Positions 57,349 through 64,000 of a stretch of DNA of 64,000 nucleotides are shown here, in pieces (position 1 is the first letter of the stretch; each line of letters opens with the position of its first letter). The stretch spans positions 96,001 to 160,000 of the forward strand of contig CAXRHT010000003.1 in NCBI GenBank assembly GCA_964230645.1, given 5' to 3'. Both the position numbers and the translations under genes were made by a program. The stretch is from Bdellovibrionales bacterium. Lineage in GTDB: Bacteria > Bdellovibrionota > Bdellovibrionia > Bdellovibrionales > JAGQZY01. A model generated the notes under the pieces. It saw only the letters and a program-made list of their open reading frames with translations, was not told the origin of the DNA and searched no databases.

Positions 57349-57424
57349 GTAGCAATATAATTTTAGTGCTTTCCATCCCTCTTCTCTTTTTGGTTGAATG
57401 ATTTTAGCAAGAGGGGGGAGACTC

Positions 57425-57634
57425 ATGGATGAGACTCTAATCAAACAAGTGGCCATGCAAACGGGCCTTAATCAAGAACAAGTACAGAAAATATTAAAGA
57501 ATTGGGTTATGGACACGGGGAGAAGTCCCCAAGATTTAGGCCTTGAGGACTTAAGAGAAGTTCTTGTTCACATTCTCCAAAATCTATTTCAAGAAATTGC
57601 AGAAGGTGAAAACAAGTATGTGAAAGTGTCCTAA
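57425..57634 (+). CDS. Small helical hypothetical protein
   Basis: 69 aa from the ATG at 57425, preceded by a strong GAGGGGGGAG SD; TGL...L....G.....L.LEDLR pattern. Confidence 0.75.
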   Translation: MDETLIKQVAMQTGLNQEQVQKILKNWVMDTGRSPQDLGLEDLREVLVHILQNLFQEIAEGENKYVKVS

Positions 57635-57646
57635 GAAAAGACACTT
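57624..57646. terminator. Hairpin between the convergent 57425 gene and rplI
   Basis: AAGTGTC-CTAAGAAAA-GACACTT. Confidence 0.4.
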
Positions 57647-57657
57647 CTAAAAACTAA

Positions 57658-58116
57658 TTAGGATTCTTTTGGGTTAAGTCTTTCAACAGTGATAACAATT
57701 TCCTGTTCAAGACCTTCTCCCATATTAATCATAGCTTTATGCTGACCAAGAACTTTAATCGGCTCAGGCAATGAGATGTCTCTTTTATCAACGATATGAC
57801 CTTGCTTCTCGAGTTCATCGGAAATGTCTTTGTTAGTCACTGAACCAAAGAGTTTGTCTTCATCTCCAGCATTGAGTTTGAAAACGAGTTGTAGGCCTGC
57901 GATTTTTTCTAGGGTCTCTTTTCTTTCTCCCATTGCTTTTTTACGGCGGGAGTCTGCCACACGCTGCCAGTGTTCAAATTCTTTCACTCGTTTTTCAGTC
58001 GCCTCAGCAGCCAACTTTCTAGGGAATAGAAAATTGCGGGCGTAACCATTAGCAACATTCACAAGTTCACCCACTTTACCAAGATCTTTTACGTCTTGTT
58101 TTAAAATAACTTTCAT
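57658..58116 (-). CDS. rplI: 50S ribosomal protein L9
   Basis: [23 protein letters not shown] and KLFGSVT motifs. Confidence 0.98.
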   Translation of the reverse strand: MKVILKQDVKDLGKVGELVNVANGYARNFLFPRKLAAEATEKRVKEFEHWQRVADSRRKKAMGERKETLEKIAGLQLVFKLNAGDEDKLFGSVTNKDISDELEKQGHIVDKRDISLPEPIKVLGQHKAMINMGEGLEQEIVITVERLNPKES

Positions 58117-58128
58117 TTTGAACTCCTC

Positions 58129-59046
58129 TTAACTTTCTTTTACATGCTTTTTGTTTTTTAAGTTTTTAAATCTAAAATCAAACCAATAATCTAAAATTCC
58201 CAAGCCACTGACAAAAATGAACATTTGGAAAAAGACGAGAAAATAGGCCAATAGTCGCCAGAACCCATGAATGGATAGGCGATCCAAAAAATAAGTAAAT
58301 ACGGCCAACCCTTGGAAAAAATAGGCCGCCATTGTAATCGCTAGAACATTTGAGCCGGCCACGGAGAGTACAGTGGAGCCTAGGTCTAAAAATGTGGTCG
58401 CCAGACTGATGATAAAAGCCCAGATGGTCCAATCCGGAAGTCGAAACATGCGCATTTGCAAATGTTTCCGGGGGGAATTGGGAAGTCTTGTTACCGTCAG
58501 TGAGATAAAGATGATTACCATCAGGGTAATGATAAGTCCTGAGGGTATGTACCAAACCAATTCCGTGAGGTCGACTTCCTTAAACCGAGGCATTTGCTGT
58601 AGCTGCTGATGAATGGGCTCGGCTTTTTCGGTGAGCAAGAGTTTCATGTTTTGCCCGGTCCAGCGAGTGTAACCGAAAACAGCAAACAGGTTCGTGCCAG
58701 CCGTTACAAGTACAGTGACAGTGGAAGCTATGAAAATGGAAAAATTCTTTTCCTCAAGCTCTCGGTAGACTCCGATTAGGAAACACAAAGAAAAATAAAC
58801 CAGAGACCACTGCCACAAACCAAAAGCCAGTAGGGTTGCTGAGCACACCAGAGACGTGAATAGGAAGACTCGACGCCCATAAATCAACCGCATATACCGG
58901 ATCGGAAGTGCGGCGAGAAAAACAAAGGCGTAGGACAGCGCCACTCCCATTAAGGAAGTGAAAGCCCAACGAAAACTAAAGGTACGTCCCTTGTTTTCTG
59001 ATAGATTTTTTGAGTGATTTTGACTCACATCAATCTCCAGGTTCAT
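58129..59046 (-). CDS. DUF2232/YybS-family membrane protein
   Basis: Multi-TM protein with FRLP, YFFQGLAV and LG..DYWFDFR motifs, between rpsF and rplI. Confidence 0.88.
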   Translation of the reverse strand: MNLEIDVSQNHSKNLSENKGRTFSFRWAFTSLMGVALSYAFVFLAALPIRYMRLIYGRRVFLFTSLVCSATLLAFGLWQWSLVYFSLCFLIGVYRELEEKNFSIFIASTVTVLVTAGTNLFAVFGYTRWTGQNMKLLLTEKAEPIHQQLQQMPRFKEVDLTELVWYIPSGLIITLMVIIFISLTVTRLPNSPRKHLQMRMFRLPDWTIWAFIISLATTFLDLGSTVLSVAGSNVLAITMAAYFFQGLAVFTYFLDRLSIHGFWRLLAYFLVFFQMFIFVSGLGILDYWFDFRFKNLKNKKHVKES

Positions 59047-59093
59047 AGCAAAGCAAACGGGCGCTGAAAAAAAATTCAGCCAGCCAATAAAAA

Positions 59094-59522
59094 TTAATTT
59101 TTATTACGAGCGGCTTTTCTAGCCTTGTACTTGGCTTCTTTTTCTTTTTCTTTTTGAAGGGTATCGGCGAGACGATCTTTGAAAGCCTCAACTTGCTTGG
59201 CCAATGTTTCTTTTTCAGAAAGACGAGTATGAACGACTCGGATGACTTTATCGTTGAGCTTCATAGTTCTTTCTAGTTCCTTGATGGCATCTGGGGAGGC
59301 CATAAAAGTGGAGTGAAAATAAATGGCTCGAGTGGTTTTCTCAATGGGGTTGGCTAGTTTTCTTTTTCCCCAAGTGTCTACGTGGTTAAGTTCACCGGAG
59401 AAAGACTCGATGATTGATTTATTTTTTTTGAAAAGAGCTTTTTGATCTTCTTCAGAAGCGTCAACATCCATCATGATAACGGCTTCGTAGGGACGGGTTA
59501 CGGTAACTTTTGATAATTCCAT
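59094..59522 (-). CDS. rpsF: 30S ribosomal protein S6
   Basis: RPYE, WGKRKLA.PIEK and ELER.MKL...VIR motifs; true start is the ATG at 59522 after an AAAGGA SD. Confidence 0.95.
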   Translation of the reverse strand: MELSKVTVTRPYEAVIMMDVDASEEDQKALFKKNKSIIESFSGELNHVDTWGKRKLANPIEKTTRAIYFHSTFMASPDAIKELERTMKLNDKVIRVVHTRLSEKETLAKQVEAFKDRLADTLQKEKEKEAKYKARKAARNKN

Positions 59523-59529
59523 CGTGTTT

Positions 59530-59571
59530 CCTTTCGGGTTAAGCCCATGATTCTTTCCATCATGAGCAAGG
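59530..59571 (-). promoter_or_regulatory. S6:S18-type ribosomal protein leader RNA
   Basis: The minus strand reads CCTT-GCTCATGAT-GGAAAGA-ATCATGGGC-TTAACCCGA-AAGG: an inner 9-bp stem, an unpaired CCG, and an outer stem that uses the SD. Confidence 0.7.
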
Positions 59572-59690
59572 CATATTGGCTTATTTTTGTGGCATTTGAT
59601 AGCACAGGCCGAGAAGGAGAACAAGCAGAAAGTCCGTGCTCAAAGAGCCTAACTTCTTGATTTGCCATGGAGAATCTCCAAAAATAGGGT

Positions 59691-60383
59691 ATGAGACTCT
59701 ACCTGGAAATCATTGAAGGCCCCTCAGAGGGCCGAAAATTAAGTCTATCGAAAACGGCCACCATCGGACGCAAAGGGGCTGATATCCTTCTCAATGACGC
59801 TAAGTTGTCGGGAATACATGCTATTTTCCAATACGATGAAAAAGAAGGCTGGGCCATCATTGATAATGACTCTCGAAATGGGATTTGGGTTAACGGTTTG
59901 AAAGAAATTCGCATGATCCTTCAGGATTCCGATGAAATTCTCATCGGCTCATCCAAGATGCTTTGTCGGTTGGTTGAGGGAAATAGCTTTAAGTTCTCTG
60001 AAAAGTTCAGCGTTTGGGTACAAAAACTGTTTAAATCTTCAAAAAATCAGAGTCCTGATTCTTTAAGCGAAATCAAACCAGAGGTGCGACTTAAGGTTAT
60101 TCAGGGAATACAGTATGGGGAAATTTGGGATATTAATTATGGGCCTCGCAAAGCCGGTAAGGAAAATAGTGATATTTGTCTTTACGAAGAGGTGGCTCCG
60201 GAGGAGTCTTTTGAAATTCGCGTGAAGGGAAAGTACGCTTATTTCTACACGGAAAGAGAAAAAATCGTTAAATTAAATAATGAAAGTGTGAGAGAAAAAC
60301 AATTCACGCCAGGGGATGTGATTTCCATTGGTGAGAGTCAAATATTAGTTGAGCTGGATGAGGGTGATGGATTCAGTCCTTAA
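59691..60383 (+). CDS. FHA-domain protein (one canonical and one degenerate FHA)
   Basis: IGR....I.L.D..LS..HA ... DNDSRNG.WVNG ... L.D.DEI.IG, with a similar repeat in the C-terminal half. Confidence 0.85.
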   Translation: MRLYLEIIEGPSEGRKLSLSKTATIGRKGADILLNDAKLSGIHAIFQYDEKEGWAIIDNDSRNGIWVNGLKEIRMILQDSDEILIGSSKMLCRLVEGNSFKFSEKFSVWVQKLFKSSKNQSPDSLSEIKPEVRLKVIQGIQYGEIWDINYGPRKAGKENSDICLYEEVAPEESFEIRVKGKYAYFYTEREKIVKLNNESVREKQFTPGDVISIGESQILVELDEGDGFSP

Positions 60384-61251
60384 GGAATCAGGATATTTTG
60401 AAAGTTTCGATGATACAGAGGTGTATTTTGAAACTAGAGGCACAGGGGAGCCCCTGTTTTTCTGTTATGGAATTGGATGTCTTTTCAACCATTGGTTTCC
60501 CCAAGTGCAGTACTTTTCTAAATATCGAAAAGTCACGATGCTCGATTATCGTGGGCATCACAAGTCACCGGTCCCAAACGATAAATCAAGTCTGACAATT
60601 GCATCTTTAGCTATGGATCTCATTGCTTATTGTGATCAGAACTCCATTAAGAAGGCGGATTTTGTGGGGCACAGTTTTGGTTGCCAGGTATTGTTACTGG
60701 CGCATGAAAAGCGGCCCGACCTTTTCCGGAGTTTGGTTTTTGTGAATGGCCTTTATAGGAACCCCTTTGAGCACATGATCAAAGCGGATGATTTGGTGGA
60801 GCTCGTCAACCAAGCTAAGAAAATATACAACCAAGCCCCTGGGATTATTTCTACCTTGTGGGCAAAGGGAGTTACAAATCCGATTTTAGTTCCCTTGAGT
60901 GCTTTAACAGGAGGATTTAACCTTTCCCAGACTGCACTTAAGGATATTGAAATTTACGCCCGAGGTGTGTCGGCGATTGATATTCGCGTTTTTCTAACAT
61001 TTTTTGAGGAAATGGTTTCGTTTGATTCAGAGGACTATTTGAGCCGAATCCGAACCCCTACCCTCATCATCTGTGGGTCTAAAGACGCTCTCACTCCCTT
61101 GGATGAACAAGAAAAAATGCATGAACTTATAGCCAATAGCGAACTTTATCCTGTTCCCTACGGTTCTCATTGCACGCAATTGGATTTTCCAGAGATGGTT
61201 AATCTGAAATTACAAAGTTTTTTCGAAGAAGTAAAAAAAGGCGCCCGATAA
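60367..61251 (+). CDS. Alpha/beta hydrolase
   Basis: DYRGHH.S, GHSFG nucleophile elbow, G..D.LTP Asp and SH His. The start is uncertain (60349, 60358 or 60367). Confidence 0.9.
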   Translation: MDSVLKESGYFESFDDTEVYFETRGTGEPLFFCYGIGCLFNHWFPQVQYFSKYRKVTMLDYRGHHKSPVPNDKSSLTIASLAMDLIAYCDQNSIKKADFVGHSFGCQVLLLAHEKRPDLFRSLVFVNGLYRNPFEHMIKADDLVELVNQAKKIYNQAPGIISTLWAKGVTNPILVPLSALTGGFNLSQTALKDIEIYARGVSAIDIRVFLTFFEEMVSFDSEDYLSRIRTPTLIICGSKDALTPLDEQEKMHELIANSELYPVPYGSHCTQLDFPEMVNLKLQSFFEEVKKGAR

Positions 61252-61263
61252 GAGTGCCTTTTT
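61234..61263. terminator. Bidirectional intrinsic terminator
   Basis: AAAAAAGGCGC-CCGATAAGA-GTGCCTTTTT between convergent genes. Confidence 0.7.
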
Positions 61264-61276
61264 CTTTAAAGGTTAT

Positions 61277-61819
61277 TTAAATAGAGCAGGTTTTCCACAC
61301 TTGGCGGTAATCGTTTCCACCGAGAGTTTTGGGGAAATTCACTAAAACTTCCACTTTACCGGATTCTTTATCAAAACGAGCGGAATAGGCATCACCGAAA
61401 TTATCCAGCATACAGTGTTTCTTAACTTTACCTTGTTTCAAATTAGGTTCTAAAACCAGGATTTTATTAGCTTTGGACATATTGTTCCACTGAGAAACAA
61501 GTACTCTGCGGCCGTTGTCTATTTCTAGAGTGCGTTTGGTTCCGGCGATCGGGGTTGAAAAATGACCTTTGTCTTCTTTTAATGTTTCAATGAGATGGTA
61601 TTCCTTTGGGACTCGAAAAGAAGCGGAGCCTTGGCAGCTTTTTAAGTCGCGACGGTCAGCATGACTACGAAAATACAAGCGACTTTTGCTACGATTATAG
61701 CAACTCGTCCATCTCTGAGATTGATTGGAAGCGGCTAGTGAAAAACCACTTGTCATTAAGATTCCGAGAAGAATTGAAATACTGATCTTCTTTAAATAAG
61801 ATTTTAGAGAATTATTCAT
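61277..61819 (-). CDS. Secreted hypothetical protein (basic, four Cys)
   Basis: Signal peptide ending SLA-A; its start abuts the stop of the upstream gene. Confidence 0.75.
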   Translation of the reverse strand: MNNSLKSYLKKISISILLGILMTSGFSLAASNQSQRWTSCYNRSKSRLYFRSHADRRDLKSCQGSASFRVPKEYHLIETLKEDKGHFSTPIAGTKRTLEIDNGRRVLVSQWNNMSKANKILVLEPNLKQGKVKKHCMLDNFGDAYSARFDKESGKVEVLVNFPKTLGGNDYRQVWKTCSI

Positions 61820-63181
61820 TTATCGAGTCCTCTGCAAAATTGTTCTAAGTTGGCTTCCTGAGACGCCAGGAGCAATTTGTCCATATTCACTGACGAGTTC
61901 AGCCATTCCACGCATACAACTAATCACTTTATTAGCATAAGTGGTTCGTCCAGCACCACCGTAGTAGCGTTCCGCAAGTGTATGGTAGTGGTTAAAAGTC
62001 ATGGAGCCATTACCCATTCTTTGTAGGAGCCCGGCGTATTCTGCTTTTTTCAGAATAACAGAATGATGGAGGTCGGCTTGTGCCAAAGTACTTCTTAGCA
62101 TGGCTGATCGGAAGGCCGTGTACTCTCCAGCTGAGTCGTACTGCTCAAAACCGCTGACAACACTTCCGTATGCGGCAATGGCTTCTCTACCTGTCGAGTT
62201 TCGAACTTGAAACATGCCCCAGGCGCCACCACCCGAGTCTCGGTGCACAGCATTTGGTGAAAGATGGGATTCTTTATATCCTATGCAGATACTAAATCTT
62301 GGGTCTACGGGGACACGAGGCGCCCTTAATTGATTGATGGCTTCAAGATCACTAAGAACATGCTGAACATGATCTCTGAAATCATCATAAGTTTGGCTAA
62401 GGCAATTAGAATTCTGGTAGCCACTTCCATCCCAACTGTTGTTACATCGAAAAGAAGCACGACCTTCTAGGTCTTCAGGTCTCGCTGCAAAAGGACGCAT
62501 CTGAGGACGAAGACTAGAATCCGGAGCTGCGGTATCAACCTGTTGGTTGCCACCTGTGACTTCGCTATTACCACCATCGAGAATGACTTCTTGTTCTTCA
62601 ACTTCATAAGAGCTTCCATACACTTCCTCATCATAAAATTGATTTCCAGAGGACTCATCGACAATAATAGGTTCGATAGGACTATCTTCATCAACAGGAT
62701 CGTTATTTGGGTCTTCCGGGACATTCATTCGCACCGATGAATAATTATTTGAATTTTGGCTGAGTGCAATGAGATCCACGTAACCATAGGCGTCCTCGGA
62801 ATTGGTGTCTACAACGGAAAAGGGATCTCGAATAATTTTCACTGGAAATATAAGGCGACCGTTGGGGCCCATTTTGGGAGGTAATGTCCGGTCTTGGCGG
62901 GCTAAGCTGACCCAATTTTGAAGCGTGGCGTGGAGATCCATTTGTCCATTGTTGAAGACAGCCTCCTCAGCGACTTCGTCGGGAAGTTGGATGATAGTAT
63001 TGGACCCAAGGCTTCCGTTCACTTGACCGATATTGGAATAGTTATGGAGTTGGGCGCTGGTATTTGTTAATCGAATGAGGTTGGGAGCACTTACATCTGC
63101 AAAAACAAAAGGTGTCGCAAAAATAACCGCTACAAAGATCACAAATACGAAGAGATTTCGAATGTAGATTGTTTTATTCAT
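61820..63181 (-). CDS. Secreted protein with C-terminal lysozyme-like/SLT (lytic transglycosylase) domain
   Basis: Signal peptide (VFA-D), acidic linker, KESHLSPNAV (catalytic ES), AWGMFQV and RYYGG...Y..KV motifs. Confidence 0.75.
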   Translation of the reverse strand: MNKTIYIRNLFVFVIFVAVIFATPFVFADVSAPNLIRLTNTSAQLHNYSNIGQVNGSLGSNTIIQLPDEVAEEAVFNNGQMDLHATLQNWVSLARQDRTLPPKMGPNGRLIFPVKIIRDPFSVVDTNSEDAYGYVDLIALSQNSNNYSSVRMNVPEDPNNDPVDEDSPIEPIIVDESSGNQFYDEEVYGSSYEVEEQEVILDGGNSEVTGGNQQVDTAAPDSSLRPQMRPFAARPEDLEGRASFRCNNSWDGSGYQNSNCLSQTYDDFRDHVQHVLSDLEAINQLRAPRVPVDPRFSICIGYKESHLSPNAVHRDSGGGAWGMFQVRNSTGREAIAAYGSVVSGFEQYDSAGEYTAFRSAMLRSTLAQADLHHSVILKKAEYAGLLQRMGNGSMTFNHYHTLAERYYGGAGRTTYANKVISCMRGMAELVSEYGQIAPGVSGSQLRTILQRTR

Positions 63182-63260
63182 TAATTATTTTCCTATCCGT
63201 TTACATGCTACTTATTATGGAAAACTTCAGGTGCGGGATCTCTGATGTCGTAGTTTTGCC

Positions 63261-63290
63261 AAAAAGAGGATGGAGGAGCCCTCACCTCTT
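63261..63290 (-). terminator. Intrinsic terminator overlapping the 3' end of the candidate ncRNA
   Basis: The minus strand reads AAGAGG-T-GAGG-GCT-CCTC-CAT-CCTCTT-TTT. Confidence 0.55.
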
Positions 63291-63481
63291 GCCTCATTTA
63301 AATACAAGGACCGTACCAGGCTGAGACGCCATGAGAAGCCGATGAGAGCGGCTTCAATCCTAAACATTTAGATTTTAAGAGTTCTGCCAATGAGCGCGTT
63401 TTCACCTGTCTAAAAAGTAGACATATTGAAGATAGTGCGGTTTTAGCTCTCAAAGAGGTCGTAAATGATAGGCGAGGGCTC
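63276..63481 (-). ncRNA. Candidate 6S RNA (ssrS-like rod-shaped RNA)
   Basis: Nested end-to-end pairing over about 205 nt, with a central bubble and a TTGAAGCCG...CGGCTTC hairpin on its 3' side. G.U pairs fix the minus strand. Confidence 0.6.
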
Positions 63482-63606
63482 ATACTTAAAGTTTTTTGAT
63501 TTCAATTGATAAAAGTGTGAAACAAAAGCCACTGAACATTTTTCACTGACAACGAGAATTTCCAACCAGAATAGAGGCTTCTATCTGTAAATGCTAAAAG
63601 CAGTTT

Positions 63607-64000
63607 ATGAAAAACATAGTCTTAAAACCACTAATTGTCCTCATTCTACTTTTTCACGGCCCATTGGCCCAAACAAGCTTGAGCTCTGAAACTCAATCAA
63701 AGATCAACGAAAATGTCTTTATAGTCGTGCCAATAAATGCCTACGCCTCTGGAATGTCGGCAGAAAGAGTGGATGCTTACCTCTCACAAAATTGCCAGGG
63801 AGAAAAGCCAAGTCCGCGATTGCAGCTCAACTGTGAGCATTTGCAAACTTGTGTTGGTGAAGAAGAGTGCGGACTTATTTTTGGAACCCACGGAACGGCT
63901 TTTCTCGTTGAGAGTGGAACTCGCTTAGTGACGGCATGGCATGTATTGTTTCAAACAAATGCAACGGCGTTAGAGTTTTTGGCTCGACCCTTAGAAAAGA
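63607..64000 (+). CDS. Secreted trypsin-like serine protease, partial (runs off the window; not in ORF track)
   Basis: Open frame from the ATG at 63607 to the window end; signal-like MKNIVLKPLIVLILLF and GTAFLV...LVTAWHV catalytic-His motif. Confidence 0.75.
   Translation, partial: MKNIVLKPLIVLILLFHGPLAQTSLSSETQSKINENVFIVVPINAYASGMSAERVDAYLSQNCQGEKPSPRLQLNCEHLQTCVGEEECGLIFGTHGTAFLVESGTRLVTAWHVLFQTNATALEFLARPLEK

Noticed and set aside
57425..57634. HU or bacterial histone call for the small helical protein
   Set aside because: Only the first helix-turn resembles HU; the GFG beta-arm and a histone-fold RxT motif are absent.
59523..59624. N-terminal extension of S6 given in the ORF track
   Set aside because: The region is the promoter and leader RNA; the SD-supported start is 59522.
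63298..63483. 61-aa minus-strand ORF
   Set aside because: It has no SD or motif and coincides with the extensively paired RNA, which explains the sequence better.

Overview
This is the origin-of-replication region of a bacterial chromosome. Gene order and content suggest a Bdellovibrionota predator; that is an inference from synteny and protein style, not from a database search. Left of oriC, on the minus strand, lie rpmH-rnpA-yidD-yidC-jag-mnmE-mnmG-rsmG, then parA-parB and the atpF'FHAGDC operon. oriC sits between dnaA and dnaN, with DnaA boxes, five DnaA-trios and an AT-rich tract. Right of oriC are dnaN-recF-gyrB-gyrA-atpZ/I-atpB-atpE, then mostly housekeeping blocks: pepQ, uvrA, pmm/pgm, pdxA, surA, etfAB, sdhCAB, tal, dapBAF, lptM, ftsK, fis, dnaB, rplI and rpsF. 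No transposase, integrase, rRNA, canonical tRNA or CRISPR array was seen. The most interesting signals come from reading the DNA directly: (1) a lipoprotein gene between rsmG and parA bracketed by two parS sites, with a sigma28-type promoter whose -10 box overlaps the first parS; (2) an unannotated ~205-nt 6S-like rod RNA whose closing helix competes with a terminator upstream of a secreted lytic-transglycosylase/partner pair; (3) a four-glycosyltransferase cluster coupled to dnaB that ends in a phage-type GT and is followed by a 78-nt tRNA-shaped element ending in CCA; (4) a UvrA lacking its insertion domain; (5) an S6:S18 leader on an rpsF operon that lacks rpsR. Three ORFs missing from the supplied track were added: rpmH, lptM and a partial trypsin-like protease. 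All RNA structures were folded by eye.
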